Part shown: positions 45,293 through 56,119 of the stretch, piece by piece | How positions within the stretch are numbered: the first letter of the stretch is position 1 | Layout: every line of letters begins with the position of its first letter | Origin: a virus | Taxonomy: Duplodnaviria; Caudoviricetes | Strand: one strand, 5' to 3' | Virus record (IMG/VR): IMGVR_UViG_3300016467_000657 | Coordinates: 5,901 to 69,900 of that record | Length of the DNA stretch: 64,000 bases | The notes under the pieces: generated by a model | Database searches by the model: none | What the model was told of the DNA's origin: nothing | What the model saw: the letters and a program-made list of their open reading frames with translations, nothing else | Made by a program: the position numbers and the translations under genes

Positions 45293-46414
45293 TCAAACAT
45301 CTATTTTGATCTTGATCAAGCACTCGTTGGTGAAGTCTTTCAGCAATGGCTGACTCAACTTCGCAACAGCAACAAGGTCATTGTTGTCGTTATACAGACC
45401 AACTGTGGTAATATACACCTTTGGATTAGTGTAAAAGTCGGTGAATCTCAATTTTCCAATATCCTGAGAATTTGATGGATTGTCATTCTCGGAAATAACA
45501 AATGTAGGATTGTTGGAGTAATTGTACTCTTGATTTTTCACTCTCACAAAGAAATGTCGCGCTGGCACATATTCAGTCACCCTCGCTTTCATGCTTCCAA
45601 ATGGAGCACCAAGTGTTATTGCCTTGAACAGCAATGAATTCATTCTTGCAAATTGAGCACCCCACTCGTTTGTTGATGTATTCCAATACAACGAATAACC
45701 ATCAACTTTTCCAATGAGTTCATGTACTTTCTTTGGATTCAAAATAATCATTCCAAGGTCTGGATACATCAGACCAATACCTTGATAATTTCTTGTTTGA
45801 GCGGCACCTGCACTGAGTGTACCTACTATTAGATTATATCTCTTGCCACCACTCTGAACTCCTGTGTCTGGATTGTCACGAGAGTCATCAATTACTGTGA
45901 TTCTTGTGGCAACACCGCCAACACCAGATCCGCTTAGAGTCATTTCAAATTGTCCCGGATCCAAACGATCCTTGTACTTGGCATTTCTGAATGAGATAGC
46001 ATAAATGTCATCAGACTCAACACCAGAACCAGAAACCGATGATGTCACAAATGTGAATTTGGAATCGCCAGGAGCAAGCAACAAATTGCGATATTGGTTG
46101 TAAATTGCCTTGGTTGGGAAAATCAAACTTCCTTGTGAAGAACCTGTGTCAAAAGCTGAAGATCCAGATCCAGCATAGTGACCATATGAAATAGAGAAAT
46201 AAATATCAGAGTCAGCCGACCCTGTTGGATAGTCATATACATTCGTATAATACAATCCATTCAATGGTTCGTACACCGACGATGACTGTTGAGTTTGGCG
46301 GCTGCTGGTGTAAAAAGATGCCCAACTAGAAGTACCGTCACTCCATAGTCCAGTAGAAACTGGCTGTGTTCTTCCTGCCACTATGTCGGTTGTATCAAAT
46401 TGCTTGAAAATCAT
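45293..46414 (-). CDS. Tail/baseplate structural protein, paralogous to 42083-45250
   Basis: N-terminal MIFKQF vs MIKQF; shared NY(S/T)NPT/S and YITTVGLY.D..LVAV.KL..P motifs. Confidence 0.7.
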   Translation of the reverse strand: MIFKQFDTTDIVAGRTQPVSTGLWSDGTSSWASFYTSSRQTQQSSSVYEPLNGLYYTNVYDYPTGSADSDIYFSISYGHYAGSGSSAFDTGSSQGSLIFPTKAIYNQYRNLLLAPGDSKFTFVTSSVSGSGVESDDIYAISFRNAKYKDRLDPGQFEMTLSGSGVGGVATRITVIDDSRDNPDTGVQSGGKRYNLIVGTLSAGAAQTRNYQGIGLMYPDLGMIILNPKKVHELIGKVDGYSLYWNTSTNEWGAQFARMNSLLFKAITLGAPFGSMKARVTEYVPARHFFVRVKNQEYNYSNNPTFVISENDNPSNSQDIGKLRFTDFYTNPKVYITTVGLYNDNNDLVAVAKLSQPLLKDFTNECLIKIKIDV

Positions 46415-46426
46415 GGCGTTAAATTA

Positions 46427-47068
46427 TTAAGACGTTGATGATCCTTTTACTGTCACTGTCACTGGAATTGTGACTGATCCACCGCTTTCATTTCCTATTA
46501 CCGTCAAGTTGGTTGATAGGGTTTGTGTTAGTGATGAATTTGGAACAAAACGGAAGCGCAGACCCAAGCTAACTTGTGCCGTGGTAGACGATACATCACC
46601 GATGAATGTTGGGATTGTTGCGTTGGTAACATTCTGAAGTTGTTCTCCGATTATTGTTCCAGCAGACTTGTTCGCCAAAATTGCAGTATATCCAAGTGTT
46701 GTGTTGTATACTGGATTTGTGGAAGGAACAATAACGACTTCGCCCTTGTAATCTTTGTCCACATAAATGGCACTTTGACCAAGAGAGATGATAGGAATAG
46801 ATGTTTGACCAGAAGGCAGTGTGACAAGCTTGTATTTCAACAACTGAGTTTCATCTGTGAAGGCTTCGAACACAGGAGTGTTGCGAATTGCCAAGTCATA
46901 ATAGGCAGAACCCTGTGGGTGGTTTGGTTGATACAAACGATAGTCAATTTCATCATCGGCCAAAGCATATGACGTAATATTCAAACCGCCATTTGCTGCG
47001 AGTAGTTCTCTACCCTTTTTTGTCAGCACCGCATCTACGGTAATAATCTCATTATTGATGTACGCCAT
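46427..47068 (-). CDS. Tail/baseplate structural protein
   Basis: LTKKGRELLA..ITSYALADDEIDY; lies in the baseplate cluster; late-type motif upstream. Confidence 0.65.
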   Translation of the reverse strand: MAYINNEIITVDAVLTKKGRELLAANGGLNITSYALADDEIDYRLYQPNHPQGSAYYDLAIRNTPVFEAFTDETQLLKYKLVTLPSGQTSIPIISLGQSAIYVDKDYKGEVVIVPSTNPVYNTTLGYTAILANKSAGTIIGEQLQNVTNATIPTFIGDVSSTTAQVSLGLRFRFVPNSSLTQTLSTNLTVIGNESGGSVTIPVTVTVKGSSTS

Positions 47069-47084
47069 ATAGTGTTACTTTCTC

Positions 47085-47093
47085 AATAAATAT
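47085..47093 (-). promoter_or_regulatory. Putative late promoter ATATTTATT
   Basis: One mismatch, 16 nt before the ATG at 47068. Confidence 0.5.
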
Positions 47094-47119
47094 ATATCTA
47101 AATACTTTTTTTACTATTT

Positions 47120-50100
47120 TTAGACCGTTTTTGTTTCGATTGGATCAGTATTGTCCAATAGTCCTGTAGTTGGGTCTACCGTGGTTTTTTTATTCTGGCT
47201 TCCTTTTTTCCATTTAAACCGCGTATTTGTGTTGTCGTATGAGTTTATTTCCTTTAAGGAGAACTGTTGATTGCTGTATTTGTAATGGTTGGAGAAGTAT
47301 CCATTGAGCAATGTTGCATTATATGGATAATTTTGCATGCTGTATGCTTTTCTGTAATCGAATGCAGATGCAAGTGGTCCGAAGAATGGTCCTTGGGTAA
47401 GATATCTGAATGAATCAAATACTGAACTTCCATCCGTTGTATAGAATGTTGTGGAGAATTTTGTAAGATTTATTGTGGCAGGAATAAATCCATTTATTAC
47501 TCCTTCAAAGTACCATACACCAGATTGGTATGTAAATTTACCACCATATTGAAGTGGGTATGAGGAAACGTATGTGGCACGGATATTTATGCCCGGATTC
47601 TGTATGTTTCCTTCTCCAGCCGCTCCTATTATTGCACCAGTGAGCACGCCATCTATGGTATGGCTTGATGATATTGTCGTATAGTAATATCCATTTCCGC
47701 CACCAGGGTCAAAACTTATGCTTCCACTGAATGATGATGTTGTTATGAATGAACATTCTGTGGTGTATTCTGTCAGCACGGGCAGTTTTGCCAAATTTAT
47801 CTTTTGGTAAGAACTTGTCACAGTCTGAACAGTTCCATTCAAATTTACATTCTTCTCATAATCGTTCAGTTCATTTTTTGGAAGGTTGTATTTGTTGTAT
47901 ACCTGATATTGTTTCTTGATTGTAAGAACATCGGCGCGATAATAATCACCATTGTAGTATGTGATTCCATTATCAGATGAAACGGCAAACCCATATTGAT
48001 CTTCGTCACTTGGGAAAAATACCTGATTGACATCATTCAATATTGATCTTCCCGTCGTCTTGACATCCAATGAATCTTCCAGTTTTGGAGATTGAGTAGC
48101 CTGTATGTTTCTGTTGGCGTCGATTGGTGCTTCTTTTTGTGGAATATTTTCTCTTACCAACGGCTTGAGTGCAATCTTTGGTCTTTCAAGTATTGAAGGT
48201 TCGACAAGTATGCCATCAACAAGGGTTGCTCTGGCTGGCACAATTGAACGAATATATTTGAACATCGCCTTATCAAAATAGAATCTAACAATGTTCATGA
48301 AGAACTGATAATCTATGTTTCCAAATCCTTGATCGTAGAATATCTGTCTGAATTTTTCAAATCTTGCATACGATGATTCATATACTGTTGATGGGTCACC
48401 GATCAGTTCACTTAGTGGATATTCACCAAAGAACTTTATGATCTCTGTGTTTTGAATTTCGGATGGCGAGAAGAAAAGTCCTAATCTATTTGAATCAACG
48501 GAAACAAGCTGACTTGATTGCAGTGAAGATCTTTCTGTGGATGAAAGAGGCGCGGCAAGTTCCTGATCAACATAATTGATTTTGTTGCTTCTGAATTTGC
48601 TTGATCCATAATCAGGAAGTTTTACGGTTTGGCGAGTGTCTTTTCTGCTGAATTGGTATGGGAACCCATTAACCATTGATGGATCGCATTCGGAATTTTG
48701 AACTGCGGCCACAAGACTTTGTGGGAAATTGAACACGGTGAATGTTGGAAAATCTTTTCTGAACGCAAGATTGTTCAATGATGCGCTTGTGCTTGTGTCG
48801 TACAAGTCAACGGGTCTTTCGAACGAAATTCTTACCAGATTTTCCGCTATCATTTTCTCTGGAGAATTTCCGTCATATGAACTTTGATGTAGTGTATGAC
48901 TTTCAAATCTAGTATCATCCAATGGAAGTTCCCACAGTTTTATCTCATCAATGTTTCCAAAAAATGCTTCTGGATCAACATTAAGCGATGCGGTATTTTG
49001 ATTATAGTTTCCTACATAAACAAATGAACCAGATCTGAATTGAGTATTATAGCTTCCACTCAAATACTGGCTGGCGGTTGCTTCAAATGTTATTCTGGCA
49101 TCCTCTGCACGCTGTGCAATGATGTCATACTTTATTGGATATTGGTCCACTTGAGATTCTGTGAATCCATACAGCGAATAATTTACGGTTGCATCATTGC
49201 GACGAACCATTGCGTGATATGTGTTTCCATCAAAGAACGGAGCTTTGTCCGTCATTATGGTCTTAACAGTTCCACTTCCATTGTCTATGCTGAAGAATAA
49301 TCTTCCCCAATCCTTGCCCTTGTCTCTGTATACTCCAACCACCCAACTGTTTGGACAGTTAACCAATCTAAACACATTTCCTTCCGTGCTTGTGTTGGTA
49401 GGATCAAATGAGAAATTCAATTCAAGTGTTTGTGCGCTTCCTGTCCAATTGAACTTGAAATATTCACCACTTCCACTGAAATATGGCTCGTATTTTACTT
49501 CATCCAACACATACAAAGTGGTGTCCTGTAAATTATGAACATCTTGTATTCCGCCGTATTCCTTTAACTTGATAATGTTCTTTGGAATACCAAAGCATGA
49601 AAGCAAAGATGAAAGTGAAGCCTCTGTTCCTTTTGTCTTGTATATGTAAGGAAGGGTATTGAGAATTCTCTTCCAGATTATTTGATTTCTTTGCTTTTCA
49701 GATATTGATCGCGAAAGATCATACAAGCTGCTGTTTGCGTCAAAATCATTTTGTGAAAAATTCGACAACAGTAATGGAAGATTTTCCTTGGATATTTCAG
49801 CGTCCCATCCCAATGATGACAGCATATCTTCCACGATGTCAACTGATATTCCATAATTTGGACTGCTGGAATAGTTGTTCTTTTCTGTGATCTGTTTGAT
49901 GAGCAGCGATATGTTATCAAAGAAGTGTCCAATCATTCCAACAAACAGAATATAATCCTGATTCTGTTCCGCGTCTTCAACAATAAACTGTGGAAGATTG
50001 TTGATCAGTGAATTTCCATTGTTACGATCAAACAGTGAGGCTGAAGCATCGTGATCAGCATACCATGCTGGATTGTTGTATAGGAATTTTTCATAACCAT

Positions 50101-51742
50101 CCATTGATCTTTCCAAAGTGTCTATCTCATTATTGGCGTCGGTCTTTTCCTTGATATAGAATTGATCGCTTGGATTTTCATTTATCTTCTGCTGCAATTC
50201 ATTTATGTTTACATACAAGTCATCAATCTTTGATTTTTTGACCGCAAAAGCATCAACTCTTAATTTGGCGGACGAGAAGTTTATGAAATTTTCAAAATTT
50301 CTATAGTTGGTGTTGTCAACAATGGTCTGTGAAGGAGCAAGAATCTTGGAAAGCACTTCGTTGTAAGCACTGCCAGTTTGGGCAATCAATTGCTCCATAG
50401 AAAGTGCTTCAGTGGAATTTCCTTGGCTTTCAATTCTTACAAGAAAGTTTGGTCCGCGCAAAGGAATAGTCTGTATTACGTTTGAAGTAAAGTAATATAG
50501 GTTTTGAACAATTGGTAGGAATCCAAAATTATTTGTTATCCAAGCATCATCTCCTACTTTTACATCTGGTGGAATTGGCGAAGACAATTTCAGCGCCAAC
50601 TTGTTGTGGAATTTTGGATCAGTTGATGGAATTATCTTTCTGCTTAGTATTGAAACATTTCCTCCGCCAAAATTCAAAACATTCTTGAAATAGCCAAATA
50701 GATCAACCTCTGTCTTGACCTGAATTCCATACATGCTTGGATAAAAGATGGAATTGTAGTATATTACCTGCAAGAAATCTATGATCTGATCATATTCAGG
50801 CGGCTTGGAATTCGTGATTCTGTTCAACTCCTGATCAACCACAAATTTGAAAAGGCTGTAATAATAGTCGCGTATGTCTTGGAATGTGACACCTGTTTCG
50901 TAATTGCTATATAGCCAGTTTTTGAACTGGTCATAAATTCCAACAATATCATTTACTGCTACTTGACCATTGCTGCGAAGGTTTCCTTTTCTTACGCCAT
51001 AATAAACATCGGTGATGAATGATATTACGTCCAAATCAGAACTTGATTCTTGTGCTCTGTTGGTGAATCCATAATAGAATTTCAACAATTCCGCGCCTTT
51101 TGGATCTGATTTCTTGGCGGCATAATATACGGTGTATATTTCTGGCGACGCTATTGAATTCAGAAGTTTCTCACAAACTTCCTTGACTTGAACTTGTTCG
51201 TTGGAGAAAATATCAAACTCATTGTTGATCTTGTCTGTCATTCCTGCCAAGTTTTTTGGAATGAGTGCGATTTCATCTCTGCTGTTTGATATTGTATCAA
51301 TCAATAATTTTTCACTTGGAGACTCTGAGCCGACAATGTTTCTCAGAAGCTCTATGGTAACTTTGTAGTTTCCATCAGACACATTCAAATTGCGCATTGC
51401 CGATGATACATCAAAGAACAACGAGCTTGTTTCAGATACAAATATTGGAGTATTTGAATTGAACTTCTTGTAATCATATGTGATGTAGTTGTTTCTTACA
51501 TCATAGAATGATTGAGTATAGTCCTTGTATGTTCCGCCAAAATATATGAAAGAGGATGTTACCGCCGTATCATCGAAGTTATATACGGAGAATTTTACAA
51601 AATCCTTATCGCTTTCTCCAAATGGAAAATTGTAGAATCTTATTCCTTCAGTGTAGAATGACAAATCTTCCTCCGTGAACACAGATCCAAATCCAAGAGA
51701 GGATGTTGATGAAGATATGTACTTTATATCCGTTAGATTCAT
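47120..51742 (-). CDS. Large baseplate wedge-type protein (gp7/phage tail protein I-like region)
   Basis: 1540 aa; LPYIYKTKGT..SL..LL..FG pattern of baseplate wedge proteins; downstream of gp6/gp25. Confidence 0.6.
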   Translation of the reverse strand: MNLTDIKYISSSTSSLGFGSVFTEEDLSFYTEGIRFYNFPFGESDKDFVKFSVYNFDDTAVTSSFIYFGGTYKDYTQSFYDVRNNYITYDYKKFNSNTPIFVSETSSLFFDVSSAMRNLNVSDGNYKVTIELLRNIVGSESPSEKLLIDTISNSRDEIALIPKNLAGMTDKINNEFDIFSNEQVQVKEVCEKLLNSIASPEIYTVYYAAKKSDPKGAELLKFYYGFTNRAQESSSDLDVISFITDVYYGVRKGNLRSNGQVAVNDIVGIYDQFKNWLYSNYETGVTFQDIRDYYYSLFKFVVDQELNRITNSKPPEYDQIIDFLQVIYYNSIFYPSMYGIQVKTEVDLFGYFKNVLNFGGGNVSILSRKIIPSTDPKFHNKLALKLSSPIPPDVKVGDDAWITNNFGFLPIVQNLYYFTSNVIQTIPLRGPNFLVRIESQGNSTEALSMEQLIAQTGSAYNEVLSKILAPSQTIVDNTNYRNFENFINFSSAKLRVDAFAVKKSKIDDLYVNINELQQKINENPSDQFYIKEKTDANNEIDTLERSMDGYEKFLYNNPAWYADHDASASLFDRNNGNSLINNLPQFIVEDAEQNQDYILFVGMIGHFFDNISLLIKQITEKNNYSSSPNYGISVDIVEDMLSSLGWDAEISKENLPLLLSNFSQNDFDANSSLYDLSRSISEKQRNQIIWKRILNTLPYIYKTKGTEASLSSLLSCFGIPKNIIKLKEYGGIQDVHNLQDTTLYVLDEVKYEPYFSGSGEYFKFNWTGSAQTLELNFSFDPTNTSTEGNVFRLVNCPNSWVVGVYRDKGKDWGRLFFSIDNGSGTVKTIMTDKAPFFDGNTYHAMVRRNDATVNYSLYGFTESQVDQYPIKYDIIAQRAEDARITFEATASQYLSGSYNTQFRSGSFVYVGNYNQNTASLNVDPEAFFGNIDEIKLWELPLDDTRFESHTLHQSSYDGNSPEKMIAENLVRISFERPVDLYDTSTSASLNNLAFRKDFPTFTVFNFPQSLVAAVQNSECDPSMVNGFPYQFSRKDTRQTVKLPDYGSSKFRSNKINYVDQELAAPLSSTERSSLQSSQLVSVDSNRLGLFFSPSEIQNTEIIKFFGEYPLSELIGDPSTVYESSYARFEKFRQIFYDQGFGNIDYQFFMNIVRFYFDKAMFKYIRSIVPARATLVDGILVEPSILERPKIALKPLVRENIPQKEAPIDANRNIQATQSPKLEDSLDVKTTGRSILNDVNQVFFPSDEDQYGFAVSSDNGITYYNGDYYRADVLTIKKQYQVYNKYNLPKNELNDYEKNVNLNGTVQTVTSSYQKINLAKLPVLTEYTTECSFITTSSFSGSISFDPGGGNGYYYTTISSSHTIDGVLTGAIIGAAGEGNIQNPGINIRATYVSSYPLQYGGKFTYQSGVWYFEGVINGFIPATINLTKFSTTFYTTDGSSVFDSFRYLTQGPFFGPLASAFDYRKAYSMQNYPYNATLLNGYFSNHYKYSNQQFSLKEINSYDNTNTRFKWKKGSQNKKTTVDPTTGLLDNTDPIETKTV

Positions 51743-51960
51743 AGTTCAGTAAATTGCACAGAATTTTTTGTTTCCACCTTGGAAGGAATATACACCGCAT
51801 TTTCCAATGGAATTGTTATGGCGGATGAATACAACTTTCCTTTTACATTCTCAATGACAAGATTACCATACTCGTCTATATTCGGAATGATTGAACCACT
51901 CTGATATAGCTTCTGTATGTCATCTTGATTGTATCCTGATAGATATGGATTGGCGTTCAT
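51739..51960 (-). CDS. Small hypothetical baseplate-cluster protein
   Basis: 73 aa; ATGA overlaps with both neighbours. Confidence 0.7.
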   Translation of the reverse strand: MNANPYLSGYNQDDIQKLYQSGSIIPNIDEYGNLVIENVKGKLYSSAITIPLENAVYIPSKVETKNSVQFTEL

Positions 51961-53282
51961 CTAGAAACCTTGAATGCAGTTGGAACTGGGAAGGTCAAAA
52001 CAGAGCCGCTTTGTTCGGTGCGAATTTCCACCTTGAAATATCTTTCCATTGGAAGACCGCTCGTATCCAACATGAAATAATTTCCGCTGCCATCAAAGCT
52101 TAGTCTGGTATAATCATCATATGGGATGATTGTTTCTTCACTCTCCGCGTCCTTGATTTGATAATAGCTTGATGATGGAAGATAATATGGGAACAAATAA
52201 TCAGATGCTTTGTTGGTGAATGTCTTTACTGGATAACGCTTTCTGGCTGTAACATCCATTCGCACAATAGATCCAAACTTATATTCAGCCGACATGTTTT
52301 TCATGTTTACCACACAATCTTTGATTTGTATTGGGTCCGTACTTCCTGTAATGAACACAGAATCATGCCAACACATATCCAAATATGGAGAATGTACGGT
52401 ATTAGTTTCCTTGCTGAAGAATTTCAATGATCCATAATCAATGGAGCTTGATTCGTCACCGTGCATAAGAATGAGTCCGTTGTTAACCAACGACCCACTC
52501 AACCAAGCATACACCATGTTGGAAACATCCATTCTGACATCTCCACTTTCATAATCAAATGTTTGACCCGCGCCATATGAACCAGTGGTTGGAACAGTAC
52601 TTGATGTAAAATACCAATTTTCATATGAAGGCTGAACATAACCAGACCCACTGCCAACAATTCCAACCGCAGATCCGCTGACCAAACTTGATGTTATCCA
52701 CCAATTTCCTCCACCTGTGCAATCAACCAATGATCCACTCATCCATTTTTCAATGTATCCATCTGAAAATTTCCATGTTACTCCATCTGGTGTGGTTGTT
52801 CCATCATATTTGTATCCTGTTCCCATTATCCATGATTGTGATACTGGATATGCCGCCAATGAATACTTGGTAGGTACTTCCACACTTTCACAAATCTTGA
52901 GATTAAGGTAAAATCTTGGATTTATTGGCTTGTTTGGATCACTTGATGCAAGCGATGCTGAAATTGTTGACAAGTCAAAATGAAGAAGTGCTCTTGACAA
53001 TACTGCACCCGCTGATGGAGAATTCTTGTACACATATGAACTTGATACTACTCTTGGATCTGTAGATCCAGAATCATATGATGCAGACATTGAGCCGCTG
53101 AGAAGTTCGATGCTTGAACTGGTATATCCAACTTGAACGATATATGAACCCAAGCTGGCACAACTGTTGAATGAAATGCGCTTTTCAACTTCCAAAATCT
53201 CATCCAACCCAGTATTCTTGAAAATATACGCTGGGTCATTGCTTATATATGCGTCTTTGCTTGGATATGAGAAATAGTGCAT
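51957..53282 (-). CDS. Structural protein with a DNRLRE/CBM96-like beta-sandwich
   Basis: KDAYI..N.G..LEV, RALLHFDLS, DV..MV.AW..NNGLIL, FFSKE..PYL pattern. Confidence 0.55.
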   Translation of the reverse strand: MHYFSYPSKDAYISNDPAYIFKNTGLDEILEVEKRISFNSCASLGSYIVQVGYTSSSIELLSGSMSASYDSGSTDPRVVSSSYVYKNSPSAGAVLSRALLHFDLSTISASLASSDPNKPINPRFYLNLKICESVEVPTKYSLAAYPVSQSWIMGTGYKYDGTTTPDGVTWKFSDGYIEKWMSGSLVDCTGGGNWWITSSLVSGSAVGIVGSGSGYVQPSYENWYFTSSTVPTTGSYGAGQTFDYESGDVRMDVSNMVYAWLSGSLVNNGLILMHGDESSSIDYGSLKFFSKETNTVHSPYLDMCWHDSVFITGSTDPIQIKDCVVNMKNMSAEYKFGSIVRMDVTARKRYPVKTFTNKASDYLFPYYLPSSSYYQIKDAESEETIIPYDDYTRLSFDGSGNYFMLDTSGLPMERYFKVEIRTEQSGSVLTFPVPTAFKVSR

Positions 53283-53293
53283 AGTTTTATAAA

Positions 53294-55249
53294 TCAGCTT
53301 ACGCGGCCTACTATGTCCTTTGATGGGAATTTCACCTCAAACACACTAGGATCTATGGAAGGATATACCACCTTATCAAGTGTGGCTTTTTCAATGTCAT
53401 ACTCGTATGGAGAATAATCACCATCACGCAGTGTAAGATTCTTGATCTTCAATGATGATACAGACTGAACTCCATCAACTTTGGCAATTTCCAATTCAAG
53501 TCTGCTCAAATTAATTGGCTGGCAGAACTGAACATTGTTGATATCAAAGAATTTCTGAACAAGTGATATGCAGTTTGCCAATACTTCTCTCTTGTTGTAA
53601 TTCTTGTATGCAATAATGGTAAAATCAACACCGATATTTATGATATATCCGTCAAGAAGATTCACACTGTCAGTCAGCATACGATATTGATTCAAATAGT
53701 TCTTGAGATTTTGACGAATTGCCTCATTCGTCGTGATCAAATTCTGATTTGTATTATATCCAAGCAAATATAGATTGATTGCAAAGGAGTTTGGAGTCTG
53801 CAATGTCTTGTTGTTTGTTGCAGATGGAGAAAGTGAGCTTGTTACATCTGACTCTGGTTGTATTTGAATGTTTTGAGGATTCAATTGTGCATCCGACACC
53901 GCCCATGCTTTTGCCACCGATCCAAATTTTGAAGGCATTGCATATGCTCTGATGACATAATCTTTTTGCGTCACTGCTCTACCTTGTGCCGCGACACTGG
54001 CAAGAGCATTGTTTCGTATTTCATCGTTTGTTTCAGCATTTCTGCCACCAGTTGCAGGAGAAGGATTATTTACCTTTATGGACTTTCTGACCAATGTGGT
54101 CAAATTTTGTTCAAACACAGGAAGCTCTGTTATATCACCAAAGAAATCAACTCCTGTTACATTCTTTATGGAATTTGCATTAACATTGCTGGTTATTCCA
54201 CCACCAGTGACATAGCGAACGGTCAATGATGTGTTGGAAGGTGCTTGACCAAATGCTCTGGATGAAAGGAAGTTGGAAGGATCATATGTCGCCGTTTCAT
54301 TCTTGAATGTTGATACTTTTCCAACCGTGTATACATTCGGAATAACAATTTCATCATCAGATACATTGGTACCTGAACCAAATTCCATAAATGTGGTATT
54401 GTCGGCATTAACCCCAGTCACAAATCTTTTTGGCGTTCTCAAATATCTCAATAGAAAAGGAACGGTATCACGATATGTTGATAACGCGGAATCATTCTTG
54501 AATATGTTTTCACTTTCAATAGGAACAAGATCTTGAGCAAGATAATCTGTCTCATACCATCTGTTGCCATCAGAATCATATACATCCATGACTTCAATTA
54601 CATTTGTATCTGAAAGATTAACTTTGAAAAATGGAACTGGTGATGAAACTGATACTGTGGTCGTTGATATTTGACCAGAAAATGCACTTACGGTCTTTTT
54701 CAAAACATAAAATTCAGGTTGTCCCGCAGCATTTCTTTGATATACAGAAATTTCCAATGGATCATTTTTGGTATCAACAGTGAAATCAACAGGTACACTG
54801 GTCAAGAATGGAACACCAGAATCGCTGCTGCATGCCATCCCCGGCTTTATGATCTGAGCATATTTCATATCTGGAGATATGCTGCCATCTTCATTGATTT
54901 TTGAAGGAACAAGTTGATACACATCCAACTTTGTGAAGCTTGGTGTGCTTGGCTTTGTCTTGTATCCAATAGATCTTGCCGCATCAATGATATTTTGGCG
55001 TTCTTCTGCGTTTACAAGCATTGACTCTTTAAACTGATAATCAATGTAGTATGAAAGTACATCACCAACATATGCCGCCATTTCAATGAACATCATTCCT
55101 GTTGATGCATCGCTGAAATCCTTGTATGTATTTGGATAATATGTCTTGGTGAACTCAACCAAGGATTGTTTCAATTGCGAAAAATCCTTATTAAGATATT
55201 TGACATCTTTTTTGCCCGGCTGAAATGATTTTGGTGTGTCTAATATCAT
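53294..55249 (-). CDS. gp6: Baseplate wedge protein (T4 gp6/baseplate J-like)
   Basis: YLNKDF..LK, DFSDASTG..FIEM.AYVGD, ATGGRNAET..EIR..A, QGRAVT..DY. Confidence 0.9.
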   Translation of the reverse strand: MILDTPKSFQPGKKDVKYLNKDFSQLKQSLVEFTKTYYPNTYKDFSDASTGMMFIEMAAYVGDVLSYYIDYQFKESMLVNAEERQNIIDAARSIGYKTKPSTPSFTKLDVYQLVPSKINEDGSISPDMKYAQIIKPGMACSSDSGVPFLTSVPVDFTVDTKNDPLEISVYQRNAAGQPEFYVLKKTVSAFSGQISTTTVSVSSPVPFFKVNLSDTNVIEVMDVYDSDGNRWYETDYLAQDLVPIESENIFKNDSALSTYRDTVPFLLRYLRTPKRFVTGVNADNTTFMEFGSGTNVSDDEIVIPNVYTVGKVSTFKNETATYDPSNFLSSRAFGQAPSNTSLTVRYVTGGGITSNVNANSIKNVTGVDFFGDITELPVFEQNLTTLVRKSIKVNNPSPATGGRNAETNDEIRNNALASVAAQGRAVTQKDYVIRAYAMPSKFGSVAKAWAVSDAQLNPQNIQIQPESDVTSSLSPSATNNKTLQTPNSFAINLYLLGYNTNQNLITTNEAIRQNLKNYLNQYRMLTDSVNLLDGYIINIGVDFTIIAYKNYNKREVLANCISLVQKFFDINNVQFCQPINLSRLELEIAKVDGVQSVSSLKIKNLTLRDGDYSPYEYDIEKATLDKVVYPSIDPSVFEVKFPSKDIVGRVS

Positions 55250-55653
55250 ACGTTGGTTGTGTTCATGTCAACTTGCAAGGTCTGCTCATTTGTTATTCCG
55301 ACAATTGGAACAGTGTATACCACGGAAACATTTATTCTGTGTTGTGAACTGTCGCTGTCTCTGTCAACATCAACAGATTCAACATTCACATAGTTCATCC
55401 ATCTTGATATATCTTTTCTGATGGTTGATTCTATGATTTGACCAATATTTTCAACATTGTTTTCAAACAAAACATTCCATAATCCAGAACCAAACTCTGG
55501 ATTCATTCTTCTTTCGCCCTTTTTTGTTCTCAACAATAAGTTCAAATTACTTTTGATTTGTTCTCCCACACTGTAACTTTGGTTGAAATAGCCGCTAGGC
55601 CCATGTGTTATGGGTAGGGTTATTCCATAAGGTTGTGCGGTTGATGTTGCCAT
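55246..55653 (-). CDS. gp25: Baseplate wedge gp25/GPW family protein
   Basis: QIKSNL..LL.TKKGER.MNPEFGSGL..LFE. Confidence 0.9.
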   Translation of the reverse strand: MATSTAQPYGITLPITHGPSGYFNQSYSVGEQIKSNLNLLLRTKKGERRMNPEFGSGLWNVLFENNVENIGQIIESTIRKDISRWMNYVNVESVDVDRDSDSSQHRINVSVVYTVPIVGITNEQTLQVDMNTTNV

Positions 55654-56084
55654 TATGGTCTTTTAGCTTTTGCCTTGGCGTCGATTGCTTTTAATAGCGT
55701 AGAATAATCTCTAGTCATCGCGGATGCAACGGCGGCAACTTCTTTATTTTCTGCCAATACTTGTTTTGGCAAACTTTGAAGCGCATCTATTGCAGAAGGT
55801 GCTGACACAGATTCTTCTTGTGGTATTCCTCCGACAGTTTCATTCAGAATCTGATTCAAAATTGGATTTGTTGTGAATGTTTTTGGTGCTTGAACAGGAG
55901 ATGGTGTTGCCACTGCACGTTTTGTAACAAGCGGTTGTTCCGTTGGCTTTTTTGTTTCCAACAATGAGTTTGAATTCTGTACCATCTTTTCGGCCAAAAC
56001 TTCCATGAGAAGTTGAGGAAGTGCGTTATTTACTTCTTCCTTTACTAGAGTTCTTATAATTTCTACAAGTTCCTGCTTTTTCAT
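55653..56084 (-). CDS. Hypothetical protein
   Basis: 143 aa; ELVEIIRTLVKEE N-terminus; late-type motif upstream. Confidence 0.8.
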   Translation of the reverse strand: MKKQELVEIIRTLVKEEVNNALPQLLMEVLAEKMVQNSNSLLETKKPTEQPLVTKRAVATPSPVQAPKTFTTNPILNQILNETVGGIPQEESVSAPSAIDALQSLPKQVLAENKEVAAVASAMTRDYSTLLKAIDAKAKAKRP

Positions 56085-56090
56085 ATATAT

Positions 56091-56099
56091 TATAAATAT
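56091..56099 (-). promoter_or_regulatory. Putative late promoter ATATTTATA
   Basis: Exact, 6 nt before the ATG at 56084. Confidence 0.6.
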
Positions 56100-56119
56100 A
56101 ATCGTGGTTCAATTTATTG

